A stretch of DNA of 64,000 nucleotides, taken from NCBI GenBank assembly GCA_951406725.2, contig OX597823.1, forward strand, positions 52,018,001 through 52,082,000, given 5' to 3'. Below, piece after piece: positions 38,439 through 51,533 of this stretch. The DNA is from Octopus vulgaris. Lineage: Eukaryota. Each line of letters opens with the position of its first letter. Positions within the stretch are counted from its first letter, which is position 1. The notes under the pieces were generated by a model that saw only the letters and a list, made by a program, of their open reading frames with translations, searched no databases and had not been told where the DNA came from. Both the position numbers and the translations under genes were made by a program.

Positions 38439-38582
38439 TACATATATGTATATATATACTTTTATGTATACATACATATGTGTGTGTGTATATATACATA
38501 TGTATATATGTATTTGTAAATATGTATATATATTTATATGTATGTATGCATATATATATATATATATATGTATATATCTATA

Positions 38583-38720
38583 TATTTGGGAAGAAAATAT
38601 GATCATCACTAAAGCTCTAGAAACGAACATCTTGGCGTCGGCTCTCAAGTCTTACTATGTGACTGACCATGTTATATAGTAAAGTTATTGCGTTTCCACA
38701 GTTTTTATCTTCCAGAAAAT
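38583..38720. repeat. Small imperfect foldback element next to (TA)n
   Basis: ggaaga/tcttcc, aaagctctagaaacg/cgtttccacagtttt and ttactatgtgac/gttatatagtaa nested pairs. Confidence 0.6.
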
Positions 38721-39477
38721 ATTATTCCTTTGAGCTGTGAGATTATAAGAAATAATCTGCCTCTGCTTTGCACAGCACCAACGCTGACTTCTTTATCCAG
38801 ATCAAAACACTTCACTTTAAAATCTCTTATTTTTATTTCCAATATTTCCATGTTTTCTTTTTCCTGTATGATTATTTATTTATTCATGCATACATTCTTT
38901 GGTTGGCTGCTTAAGTTTGCTATGTTGTTTTTGGTTTTATAGAATTTTCCTTTCTTTATTTATTTATTGCATTTTATTTTGTTATAGTTTTATTTTTACA
39001 TTGTTGTATGTTATTTGGCTTAATGCGATTTCTATAACATAGCAAATCCCTTAAATTTCTGTTCTTGACACCAATTGACTGAAAACCATATCTATAGAAT
39101 ACAGAGGCTGTAGTGAACATAGACTATGACTTGAGATATGATATGAATAATTGATATTCCTGCTTCAATAAATGATTACATGGTGTTTTTAAAGAAATAT
39201 AATTTGTGATATAAAAAAATACATATAAAATAACATACAAAAATCACAATGAAAGATATATCATGGAAAATGAGAACTGACAAGAAAAATATATAAATCA
39301 TTAAAATGATTCTGAAATAAGTATTTAAGCACCATGGTTGTTCTAATATAATTAGTGTATATTTTAAAGCTTTTCTTTTATTGCATTTCACTGTTACAAT
39401 ATTTAGCTTGTATATACTTTAAGTTGCATTTTAAATCCACTTTTTATCAGGGTGTTATAACAAGTAGACAGTCACAA

Positions 39478-39867
39478 TCTCTCTATATATAAAGCTGAAG
39501 TTGTCTGTGTATGGCAGGTTTGGTAGCCTTCAACTAACACTATCTCGAGACCCTGTGGTGCGAGGTGACCAAAATTGAGAGTATGATAGAAGAAGGATTG
39601 TTCTTCCTTCTGTAGAAGAAAAAAATTTAAAATCGGACCATGTTAACACCAAAAATTATTTACATCAAAAAGGTGCTTTTTTTCTATGAAAGTCCCTATT
39701 TTTTACGGTTTTTTTTACTGCTGTGTCACCATTTTTCGGTGTATTTCAACCAGAAAATGTTCACTTAAAGAGAATAACAAGCTACATAATACAAAATTTT
39801 TAGTTTTCAAAAATTCCAATTCTAAAGGGTTGAAACAAACTCGAGCAACGCGGGGCGATACTGCTAA
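39478..39867 (+). mobile_element. Non-autonomous Helitron
   Basis: A|TC start (tctctctatatataaagctgaag), 3' cgagcaacgcggggcg-atactg-CTAA|T, no TSD. Confidence 0.85.
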
Positions 39868-39929
39868 TATTGTATATAGTTATTTATAGTTATTTGATCT
39901 ATAAATAACTATTTTCATTATAATCTTTT

Positions 39930-40070
39930 ATCTTTTAACTTTTACTTGCTTTAATCACTAGACAGCAGCCATGCTGGGGTACCACCTTGAAGAATTTTAT
40001 TCAAATGAATCAACAACCCCAATGCTTATTTTTTAAAAAAGTTTTATACTTATTCTATTGGTCTCTTTTT
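39930..40070 (-). mobile_element. SINE family A tail fragment
   Basis: ttttacttg...gccatgctggggtaccaccttgaag. Confidence 0.7.
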
Positions 40071-40607
40071 GTATTTTTGTTTTTAGAAGTTTCCCTACAT
40101 GTATGTATAACAGATGTTCTTTATTTATTTGAGAAGCAAAATTTTCTGGTTGCAAAATATTCTGTTGTATTCTGACTTCTAATCAAATATATTTTCAAAA
40201 AAAAAAAAGAACAGAAAAATGAAAGGAGTTTTTAAATAGGCTTTACCCAGTGTTTTTCCTTAGTTTAAAGAAATTTGGGCAAAATATTTTTCCTCATTAA
40301 AATTGGCACAAACTGTTGCACCCATACAATTCCTGAATATATGAATTACATTACAATTGTTTTTCTTATTTCTTCATTGCTTTAGTTAATTCTTTAAATT
40401 TTTTAGATTTTTTCTTGAACATTTACCAAATTTATATTATATTCATTAATTGTTTTAAGAACCTTAATCAAAATTGCATTTACAGAGATAAGAATTCTAT
40501 TTCATAGAAATTCAATCTGTATAAAAAAAACCCACAAAATAATATGGAGTTTACATAGATAATAAGAACTGTGGCTAAATTAATGGATATGTTATTAAAA
40601 AAAAGTA

Positions 40608-40912
40608 GAAGCACAATGGCCCACTAGTTAGGGCAGCAGACTCGCAGTCGGAGGATCGCGGTTTCGATTCCCAGACCTAGCATTGTGTGTGTTTATTGAG
40701 CAAAAACACCTAAAAGCTCTCCGAGGCTCTGGCAGGGGGTGGTGGCGGCCCCTGTTGTACTCTTTCGCCACAACTTTCTCTCACTCTCTCTTCCTGTTTC
40801 TTGAGTAATGCTGTGATGGACTGGCATCCCGTCCAGCTGGAGGGAACACATATGCCACAGAAACCGGGAAGCCGGGCCCATGAGCCTGGCTAGGCTTGAA
40901 AAGGGCGACGTT
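40608..40912 (+). mobile_element. SINE family C variant (tRNA head, Meta-like domain)
   Basis: tggcccactagttaggg...ggtttcgattccc head; gatggactggcatcccgtccag...agaaaccggg domain; tail shared with 62264-62515. Confidence 0.85.
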
Positions 40913-41112
40913 TATCCTTTATTGTTATTAAAAAAAGCAGCTGCCATTGTTATTGTTGTTGCTATTTAGCTCCAAGTCTGTGTTCACTGAGTGGACCTTT
41001 GGCCAAAAACATCTTCACCATCACTCTTTATCTTTTCCTATGCACAAAGTGCCTCAGGAACCCATTCTCTTATATGTTCTGTCTAAAGAGCATAGGAGCA
41101 TGTTCTGTCTAC

Positions 41113-41284
41113 AGGCATAGGAGTTGCTGTGTGGTAAGTAGCTTGCTTACCAACCACATGGTTCCGGGTTCAGTCCCACTGCATGGCCCCTTGGGCAAGT
41201 GTCTTCTACTATAACTTCAGGCCAACCAAAGCCTTGTGAGTGGATTTGGTAGACGGAAACTGAAAGAAGCCCGTCGTATATATG

Positions 41285-41371
<87 letters not shown>

Positions 41372-41582
41372 TTGTGTGTCTGTGTTTGTCCCCCCAACAT
41401 TGCTTGACAACTAATGGTGCTGTGTTTACATCTCCATAACTTAGTGGTTTGGCAAAAGAGGCCGATAGAAGAAGTACTAAGCTTACAAAGAATAAATCCT
41501 GAGGTCGATTTGCTCGACTAAAGGCAGTGCTCCAGCATGGCCACAGTCAAATGACTGAAACAAGTAAAAGAGCAAAAGAGTA
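41113..41582 (+). mobile_element. SINE family A, full length
   Basis: ggcataggagttgctgtgtggtaag...(GT)n...tgactgaaacaagtaaaagag. Confidence 0.92.
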
Positions 41583-41928
41583 AACAATGAGTGAAAATTG
41601 TATAACAATCATATAAACAAGTCAGTAGGCCCAACAGAAATGACATGTAGTTTACATTCAGTGTAGGTTCTACTGATCTATTTATTCAGACAGCAACTAG
41701 AGAGAAATAACATTCATGCAATCTGTTGGATTTTGCAATGTTAATTTACAAGAAGAAATGAGTGAATGAGACAGGATGTAAAACAGATTTTCCAGAGTGT
41801 TCAAGGGAGCCAGAAGTGATGGTATGAACATGCAATGCAAATAGATAATGTATAATTGGGAAACCCGGTTATATGGGTTAACAGTAGCAAGTACCAACAA
41901 CCATGCTAGGCTCAAGTTGACCTGAGTC

Positions 41929-42165
41929 TGTGGTTCTTAACCAGTTTTTACCTATGGACCTCTTTAATACCTGTTTTACTCTACTGGACTCTCGTACCCA
42001 ATCAAGATTAAATAAATTTCTATTATATTTTAATAATTAAGATATCATTAGAAAGTGTATCAAAAAATTATTAAAATATTTTGTGTATTACAGAAGAATA
42101 ACCTATTTACTGCACAAAAACTTCAATAACAACTTCCTACATGGACCCTGGTCGAAAATTAATGA
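41929..42165 (+). mobile_element. hAT-like MITE, uninterrupted
   Basis: tgtggttcttaacc...ggtcgaaaattaatg resembles CAGTGGTTCTCAACC-type TIRs; homologues at 12016 and 23615. Confidence 0.7.
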
Positions 42166-42170
42166 CTTAA

Positions 42171-42392
42171 CCCTTTCAATACCAACCTGGCTGAAACCGC
42201 CTCTGACTCTCTAGTACAAATGTCTTGTTTTCATAAGTTTTGAATTAAAATCTTCCATTAAACTTTAGTCGTAATTTATGTTCCTAACACTAGCTTAATG
42301 ATAACTAAGTTATTTTACTAAATTATTTGTTATATTTAAAATTAATTGGAAGAAAGACTGACCATCTCAAAATAAATATAGTAATGAAAGGG
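42171..42392 (+). mobile_element. piggyBac-like MITE family 1
   Basis: TTAA|ccctttca...tgaaaggg|TTAA. Confidence 0.9.
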
Positions 42393-42437
42393 TTAAGGGG
42401 AAAATGGTAGGCTTATATCTGGGAATAGTTAGTTTAA

Positions 42438-42653
42438 CCCCTTAGCATTTAAACTGGCAATATCCAGCCAAAATATTCCAGCTATTTTATGCTCAAACTG
42501 ACCAGATTTGGCCTCTCACACCAACCCAACCCAACAATATTGTTAAAAAATTAACAGTTATCTCATCAAAATCTCATCAAAATGCATGGTTAATTCAAAA
42601 CAATGTGAATAAACAAGCATTGCATTTGACAAAGTAATCTGAATGCTAAATAG
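42438..42653 (+). mobile_element. piggyBac-like MITE family 2
   Basis: TTAA|ccccttagcatt...aatgctaaatag|TTAA. Confidence 0.8.
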
Positions 42654-43072
42654 TTAATAACAAGATAATGTTTTATCAAGACTACTAGAAAGATGATACA
42701 TTAAAAACTCATTACTATAGATCCCGGTTTCAGAATAGATACACTATGCCCTTGCATGGCATAGGAAGTATCTAAAAAGATTGGAGACAGGAAAGGCATC
42801 CAGTTTTTCTTATGGCTAAAAACATCTTTAACATCATCTTTTATTTTTTCCTATTTACAGAGCACATGGGAACTCATAATCTAATGCATTCTGTTTTAAC
42901 ACAGTAGGATTTGATTTGAAAAAGACTTCACTGCTATTTCTAACAGGTCAATGGACAAGATAAAAGACTCTCACGTTGGCTGATGCAATAGATATTGGTC
43001 ATAACTATACTGCCTCAGAAAAACCTGTCCATCCCATACCAGACTGGAAAATCAGATAGTTAATGATAATGT

Positions 43073-43106
<34 letters not shown>

Positions 43107-45809
43107 TGGTGCTGGTGGCAGTGATGAGGACGATGATGACAATGTTTTAAGAACTCATCAAACTGAGGTGAGAAAGGGAAGCAGATGTTAAATTGAATCA
43201 AAGACAAGGATGAAGGTCTTTGCTTTTCCTATTTTTTATTACACAGCATCAAAAATTTTCCAAACTTTTATAAAGTGTAACAATAAAATTATATATTTAA
43301 CGATTATAACATTTAAAAGGGTTAATAATAAGAGAAATTATTTTAGTCAGAAATTATTGGAATATATTAAATTACAAATTGATGATTTTCATTTTAAACA
43401 TGTTAATAACTTTTTAAGGCTTAAAACAGGAAACATCAATATCACAAAGTAATTGAAAATATCTGGGGAGGAATATATAAATAGAATTATTTTCACTAGA
43501 ATAACTCTTAATTTATTTTGCAGCTGAAGAAATTTTATGTATAGATAATGCCTTTGGTGTTAGTATCAGTGTAAGTCAGTTTTTGATTAAAATTATTTAT
43601 AAATTTTGATGAACAGCAAGCTTCCCTACTTCTATAATTGTGCATACATATGTAACTGCAATTCTACAATTTTGTTTATATTTGTAGTTTCCACAACTAG
43701 AAAAAGTAATTGAAATCTTGCATCTCAAGTCTCTGAAAATTGATATAACTGATTTACTTCAGTTGGTCATATTGAAATCTTTCTGGTGTTTGTTAGATTT
43801 ATTATGACTGCTAATATCCTACAAAGGACTATGAGCTACAGAAAATTTTGTTTCAGTCTTTGAACTACTCTTCATATTCTTCTTGAGAGTTTTATTTTCT
43901 GAATAAAGACAAACTTTTTCTCTAAACTCTTATTAAATTTACGCTTTCTTCTGAAAACCATGAATGGTGATAATTTTGGCTTTGAGGCTAATATTAACTT
44001 ATCTCTGACAAATCTAATAACCTCTCTCTTTAGTTCTTAGCGACTAGTGACGAAATTGGTAGCTTTCACTATGCTGATATTGTTTAACTTATAGACAGGA
44101 CGTATGGGCAATAGAAATACAATAAGGGAGTTGTTGGGGGACGGGGAGGAAATAACCACAGTACAGTGTTGGTCCAGGAAATTCTTTCCTGTATTATATT
44201 ACACTATCTATATTGTACCAAAATTTCTTACATGTTAAATTTCTTACAGGTTATGTATGTACGGTATAGAAATAAATATCTTACAATAGCTGAAGATAGA
44301 AATGTATGTGTAAATATAGGTCTATGCATATGACTTTTCTCATATGCTTCAAGCTTTGTTTAATTTTGATGACAAAATGTGAGTGAAATACATAGTTAAA
44401 AATAACATCCATCGCTCTGCAATGCAATTCTTCATTTTACTGTTGTTTAGAGATTAATTTATCAGATTCTGTAATAAACCTAATAGGTAAAAGTACTATG
44501 AGTTAACTGAATAAAATCATTCCCTCCACATTCAATTAAGGATTAGTTCATTGGTTTCTCTTGTGATTCCACAGATAAAAATACCATTACTTCTCCTGCT
44601 ACAAAAACCCCATCTCTCAGTTGATTGGTAATCAGATTATCTTGGTATGTAATTAATTATGCAGCTACAAATAGCTTTAGTTAGTAGTCTAGGTAAATTC
44701 CTCATCACAAGGAATTAGTCATTAATTTACATCAGTGATAGTAATAAATTACAAGGGGAAAAAAGTATCCTTAACCCATCAAGTGGATAAACCAAAACCA
44801 TTACAGTACACTAGTAACTGATTTATCAAAGTTAGTTATGAACTACACAGAAATAAGCTGAGACAAAGACACTAATGGCAGTGTATAATGTGATGTTAAT
44901 AGTAATACCAAAAAGATGGCAGCATACTCAGCTTCCCTACAATGGGGCTTCAGTTAATGGTTGATGAGAAAATTGATTATTTGCCGCTGGTCTGTGCCAG
45001 TGAGCTGCGAAGTGTATCACTTGTTCAAACGGCTGCAATATTCTGCATTACAAATTCCAAAGTGCTTTGGGATATGACTACTAAGTTATTTCCTTTTGCA
45101 ATCATTGGGTTTTAAGCCCATATTGTCAAGTCGTTCAGTCCCATACCCCACCCACAAATGTCAACTTGACATTTGTTCCTGCAAACACAGAGTAATTTCA
45201 TGAATACCTTCACACTTGTCCCTTTTGTACGCAATCAAAGTAGTTGACATTATAAGGCAATCAAATCAGATTTGATGAGCAAAAATTGTTTGCTTCCTTT
45301 AAACATGCAGTGAAATAATCTTTAGAACAAACCACTTGAGTTTATTTTATTTTGTTTACATTCTTACACCTTTTAGATGGATAGACTGTTTGCTTAACTT
45401 TGGTTAAATATTGTTATTGCACTTGAAATATAGGATGTAAGCAAACACATACGGTTGCAAAATAGCTTTTCTTTATCAAAATCTTTTAGTAATAATTCAC
45501 TTCACTTAAGAAATATGTATGTAAGTACGTATGTAACACGTATGTGTGTATGTATGTATGTATGTATGATGTATGTATGTATGTATGCATGCATGCATGT
45601 ATGTATGTATGTATGTATATATGTATGTGTGTGTGTATGTACATACATATTTGTGTATGTACATATATATTTATGTACATACGTATTTATGTATGTATTT
45701 ATGTATGCATGTAAGTATGTATGTTTGTGTACGTGTGTAATTGATGTTGCAGGCTTTGAAATGCACATACACATGCAGGCATACAAACACACACATGCAC
45801 GCACACACA

Positions 45810-45845
<36 letters not shown>

Positions 45846-45902
45846 CAGACTGACCAATAATTAATAGTTAGATGAAGACTGACTTAATATTTTAATTTAA
45901 TA

Positions 45903-46103
45903 TTGGTTTCAAATTTTGGCACAAGGCCAGCAATTTTGGGGGAGGAGGTAAGTCAATTACATTGACCCCAGTGCTCAAGTGGTACTTATTTTATTAACCC
46001 CAAATGGATGAAAGGCAAAGTTGAACGCAGAACGGAAAGACGGACGAAATGCTGCAAAGCATTTTGCCTGGTACTGTAATGGGTCTGTCAGCTAACCACC
46101 TTA
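45903..46103 (-). mobile_element. SINE family B
   Basis: ttggtttcaaattttggcacaagg...ggatgaaaggcaaag...gacgaaatgc. Confidence 0.85.
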
Positions 46104-46169
46104 ACATTTTAATTCAATATTTCATACTTACATATTGTAGAAATTCAAATTATAAGTTATATTACTCAA

Positions 46170-46400
46170 GGCGGCGAGCTGGCAGACACGTTAGCACGCT
46201 GGGCGAAATGCGTAGCCGTATTTCGTCTGCCGTTACATTCTGAGTTCAAATTCTGCCAAGGTCGACTTTGCCTTTCATCCTTTCGGGGTAGATAAATTAA
46301 GTACCAGTTACGCACTGGGGTCGATATAATCGACTTAATCCCTTTGTCTGTCCTTGTTTGACCCCTCTGTGTTTAGCCCCTTGTGGGTAGTAAAGAAATA
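46170..46400 (+). mobile_element. SINE family B, full length with TSD
   Basis: ggcggcgagctggcag head, gagttcaaattc B-box, gcctttcatcctttcgggg..gataaattaagtaccag (Nin/Deu-like); 14-bp direct repeat tatattactcaagg at 46158 and 46401. Confidence 0.92.
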
Positions 46401-46776
46401 TATATTACTCAAGGTTCTAAACTAGCAAGGATCAACTTGGGTGGTTCTTAGGAGCATTTAAATAAGTCTATTCTGCATTTGAACTAAGTCATTGGCTTGA
46501 GAATTCCTGCCATGCTTCATTCCAACAATATCATTGACCCTGTAAAAGATGATGGGTGCTGTCCTATCCCTTGATTAAATGACAGAAAATAGGAAGTAAA
46601 CAAATTTCTTTCATCTTATACACTCTATGATTCATTACATGTAGTTACAAACCTCCTTTTCATACAAATGTGATAACAAGAAAGTTAGCTGTGTTTCTGT
46701 TTAACCAAATTCATCTCTCTATGGATGATTATTCTATGTGACCCCAATTCAGCTTCCTATATATAGTAGAAGTTAA

Positions 46777-47030
46777 GGCAGCGAGCTGACAGAGTCATTA
46801 GCATACCGGGCAAAATGCTTAGTGGTATTTCGTCTGCTGCTACGTTCTGAGTTCAAATTCTGCCAAGGTCGACTTTGCCTTTCATCCCTTCAGGGTCGAT
46901 AAATTAAGTACCAGTTACGCACTGGGGTTGATGTAATCGACTTAATCTGTTTGTCCTCTCTGTGTTTAGCCACTTGTGGGTAGTAAAGAAATAGGTATTT
47001 TGTCTGTCTTTACGTTCTGAGTTCAAATTT
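46777..47030 (+). mobile_element. SINE family B plus partial second head
   Basis: Same sequence as 46170; gtatttt...ctgagttcaaatt repeated at the 3' end. Confidence 0.88.
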
Positions 47031-47368
47031 AAGTCAGCAGCAAAGAAGAAAATTCAATGCAAATGACATTTTCCGAGGGTTTTGAAGCTGATAGGAATAT
47101 GAGAGTCAGTTGTCTATCGACCCCACTAAAGGTAGTCATAGGCTGATTAAGATGCAGACCTTGAGATGACTTTAATTTAGCAAGTTAAGCTAATTTATAA
47201 TATATGATTAGTGATGTGCAGGAACCACTGAAAGTTACAGCAGTACTTCAATCTGCTATTGATTGTATCAGCTATAAATCACACAAGTGAAATGAAATAA
47301 GGTGGACCAGGAATTGAACCTAGATTTTGATCTCTGTTTGCAAAGAACATACTTTTTGTTATATATAT

Positions 47369-47582
47369 ACTCTTTTACTCTTTTACTTGTTTCAGCCATT
47401 TGACTGTGGCCATACTGGAGCACCACCTTTAGTCAAGCAAATCAACCCCAGGACTTATTCTTTGTAAGCCTAGTACTTTTTCTATCGGTCTCTTTTGCCG
47501 AACTGCTAGGTTACGGAGACATAAACACACCAGCATCGGTTGTCAAGCAATGTTGGGGGGACAAACACAGACACACAAACAT

Positions 47583-47619
<37 letters not shown>

Positions 47620-47790
47620 CATATATATACGATGGGCTTCTTTCAGTTTCCGTCTACCAAATCCACTCACAAGGCTTTGATCGGCCCAAGGTTATAGTAG
47701 AAGACACTTGCCCAAGATGCCACTCAGTGGGATTGAACCTCGAACCATGTGGCTGGTAAGCAAGCTACTTAACACACAGCCACTCCTACA
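47369..47790 (-). mobile_element. SINE family A, full length
   Basis: Similarity to 9268-9669. Confidence 0.9.
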
Positions 47791-47798
47791 TCTATCTA

Positions 47799-47835
<37 letters not shown>

Positions 47836-47878
47836 TTATCATCCTCACCATCATCATCATCATCATCACCATTATTAT

Positions 47879-48070
47879 GGTGAGCTAGTAGAACTGTGAA
47901 TATGCTGGATAATATGATTTGTGGTATTTCATCGCTATTTACATTCTGAGTTCAAATTCTCCGAAGGTCAACATTGCCTTTTATCCTTTTGGGATTGATG
48001 AAGTAAATACAAGTTATACATTAGCCCCATCCCCTAAAATATTTCAGGCCTTGTGCCTGTAGTAGAAAGA
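47879..48070 (+). mobile_element. SINE family B, diverged
   Basis: ggtgagctagtagaa...ctgagttcaaattc...gcctt.tatcctt. Confidence 0.75.
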
Positions 48071-48279
48071 ATTATTATTATTATTCAATTTTAATCAGGT
48101 TTTTTCTTATTTTGGAAGAATTTATGTAGGTAGCAGGTTACTACCTGTATACTCACATATCCGCAAACTTTCATTAACCTTTCAAGCACTCTAAACCTTT
48201 CTGATAATCTTTCCTGTCCTTAAGATGCAAAGTTACTATAGAAACTCTACAGGACATTCTATTCCAGTCTCCTCCAACC

Positions 48280-48760
48280 ATTTGCCATATCATTACTCAC
48301 AGTTTCTAATATACCAGTTATTACAGGCACAATCTTCAAAGTTTTCATACTCCATATTCTTAAAATTTTGAGGTTTAAAAGATTGTACTTTTTAAGTTTT
48401 CATCTTCACTCTTTACTCTCCTGGAATCAAATGGACATAATGAATCAATTAGTGAGCAACTTCGCTTTTCCTTGTCTATAATTATGTCTCATCTATTATT
48501 TTCTAGCTTCTTAACTGTTTGAATTGGAAAATCCCCAAAAATTTTGCATTTTCTCCCTCTCCAGCTCACTTTCAACCCAATGATTATACCAAGTATATCC
48601 AGCTTCAGATCCCCGTTTCTGACAAAGCTTCTTGTGCAAAACGTTCACAACTTGGTCATGCCTCATTTCTTATATTCTCCCTGAGACAACTTGGGGCATT
48701 CTACAAAAATGTGAGGCACTGTTTCATCCCAAATTCTACACAGTCTACATTTTGCTAACA
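48280..48760 (-). pseudogene. Dong/R4 endonuclease-region fragment, heavily decayed
   Basis: Minus strand frames give KKY.LL...ILRIWSMKTLKIVPVITG and HDQV..RF-like motifs. Confidence 0.6.
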
Positions 48761-48839
48761 CTTTCTCCCCATACACATATTATCTCGAGTTGTTTGGTTT
48801 TTTTTATTATTATTATTATTATAATTATTATCATTATTA

Positions 48840-48898
<59 letters not shown>

Positions 48899-49452
48899 GA
48901 GTGAGAGAGCAGTGCATGCCATCAAAGTGACATGGAGGTAAAATATACGAAGCCCAGTATACCCATCATGACTACCTGTCTGATAAGGCTACACCAGGCA
49001 CATGCATCACAACCATATGTGCGCAACATGGTGATCTCATATCATGATAAACAGCACATGACCTTGCAGGTGGGGCCCAGTTAGAATTTTCTTCTGGTCG
49101 AGTGACCCATCCCGCTCAAAAGGTCCCTGAATAAGGGTTGTTTTAAGATGTTGAACAAAACACCCATGTTTCCAGAGGTTAATTATTCAAACCCCAAAGA
49201 ATCCCTCTCAACACATGGCTATGATGCTCCCCCACTACTTCTGCTCATGATCAGAAATGCACATATCGTCAGCCACTAAGGGACATGCTCAACTGGTTAA
49301 GGTCAAACAACTGACAAGCAAATCTGTGGCATTGAGCAGAATATTTGCTGTAGCCCATCTTTTATACCAAGACAAAATAATGTACATGATAACACTTCCA
49401 ATCAGTTAAGATCAGAAGCCATGAGAGTCACTGCCTGGTACTGCATCAGGGC

Positions 49453-49455
<3 letters not shown>
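48899..49455 (-). mobile_element. ~555-bp non-coding element inserted in (TAA)n, longer copy
   Basis: Same family as 22081-22525, with ~105 extra 5' nt; TAA repeats on both sides. Confidence 0.9.
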
Positions 49456-49538
<83 letters not shown>

Positions 49539-49569
49539 GTTTATTTATTTATTCACTTAACTTCTGATT

Positions 49570-49720
49570 TATTTATGTCACATCTCAGCCTCATGCAACA
49601 TTTTTCTCAACACATGAGCTGTTCCAAGTATTGCTGCCAACTGAATACTTCTTCTGAAGTTTCGTATTTACAGCTTTTGATGCCAGAATATTGCTCTCTT
49701 TGAGATGGTCCCAAATGCAC
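49570..49720 (-). pseudogene. Dong/R4 extreme 3' fragment between TAA tracts
   Basis: AFGTISK...IQLAAILGTAHVLRK. Confidence 0.7.
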
Positions 49721-49735
49721 TAATTATTATTATTA

Positions 49736-49781
<46 letters not shown>

Positions 49782-50566
49782 CATTATATTAATTATTATT
49801 TTTATTAAGTTTACAGCCCTTTTTAAAATATTATCATTTTTGCATTATACAATATATGCATATAAATATATTGTTTCTAAAAGTAGTTAGCTTTCGTTGT
49901 ATATTTTTCAATGAAATTTTCAAATCATTTGTATGAATGCTCTCAGAAATATCCTAATACAATTTCAACAAATAATTTACTCCTAGTTATGAATTAGCAT
50001 TAGATCAATTAATTGAATAAAACCCAAATGAGACTCCTAACCATTTAAGTAATGCTCAAGTCTCAAGTGATATGACATTCAACAGTAAATATCCCTTTGA
50101 TAATAAAATAGAAGCGATCGCTTGTTACATGTAGCAAGCAAAACCCTCACAGTAAAATATTAGATCACAAGCTGCATTACATATTGACTTGTACAGATGT
50201 AAAACTAGCATCAATTGAAATTAATTCCTTGATTTCATTATATTTCAGCCTCAGTTAAACAATTTCCAATTAAGATGCTAAAATATCTAAATTAAATCTT
50301 CTGACTGAGAATTTTATTTATTTTTTCAACAGCTTAAACCATCAACTTTCTTAGTGACCTTTCTGATCAGTGCAGTAAACAATTCAACATTACTTAATTC
50401 CTCATTAATAATATTATATATTTCATTATTATCCCAGGAAACATATCAACAATGGAATTAATTAATCAGCTATGATATTATCTTACTGAGCTTTCTAAAA
50501 GATAATTCTATATGACATTTCTTGGGAAACAATTAAATGAAGCAAACATATCATAGAAGCAGGAAG

Positions 50567-50571
50567 TATCA

Positions 50572-50626
<55 letters not shown>

Positions 50627-50649
50627 TATTATTACTATTACTATTATTA

Positions 50650-50710
<61 letters not shown>

Positions 50711-50739
50711 TACTATTATTATTACTACTACTGTTATTA

Positions 50740-50797
<58 letters not shown>

Positions 50798-50900
50798 CAT
50801 TATCATCATTGTTATTACTATTATTATCATTATTATTATTGTTGCTATTATTATTATTATCATTATTATTATTGTTGTTGTTGTTGTTGTTGTTGTTATT
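50567..50900. repeat. ~330-bp compound (TAT)/(TAC)/(CAT)/(TGT) microsatellite
   Basis: Directly visible. Confidence 0.95.
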
Positions 50901-51492
50901 GAAACTGTTGTTGTTATTAATGTAAAATCACTCTCACAAATATAAATAAATGGATAACTAAAAAAAAAATTTTGCTGTTTGGAAAGCTATCCAGCTGTAA
51001 AAATGTGATCTGAGAGCAACCCTTTATTTCTATGTCCCTGATCAAATTGAAACTGGATTAGCCATAACAAAGTATTTAGCTAGCTGCTGCAGCTCGTGGC
51101 TTCACAGTAGCTTTATTCTATGTACATAAACAAAAGTACCACAGGATTGGATGAGATGTGTCTTTAACGACATCCTGGCTCCAGTCACAGATTCAGTTTA
51201 TAGGCTTTGAGTGATTATCACAGAAAAGCAGAGTAGCATAATTGACCAATTGAACAGAAATGCAAACTGTTGCCTTGATCCTACTGCTCTTATTATATTG
51301 TATATTACTTTTGTTGTTGTGAGTCAATTCATGGATGCAACCTAGTGAATAAAACTAATCTGTCTCGCAACAGTCTGTCTAACTTACGTTCCCTGGAGTG
51401 AGAACAATTCAATGACTTTTGGCAAATTTTTGCTTTGTAATTATATAAAAATAGTATGTAGTTAAGTGAGGTGGGGGTTGTAATTTAACATA

Positions 51493-51533
<41 letters not shown>

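Noticed and set aside
40608-40680. tRNA-like sequence (also at 36360-36436, 46170-46260 and 62264-62340)
   Set aside because: No proper acceptor stem or terminator, and each runs on into a SINE body, so these are SINE heads rather than tRNA genes.
44225-44262. Possible micro-exon (ttcttacag-gttat-gtatgt)
   Set aside because: Such motifs arise often in AT-rich DNA, and nothing else supports it.
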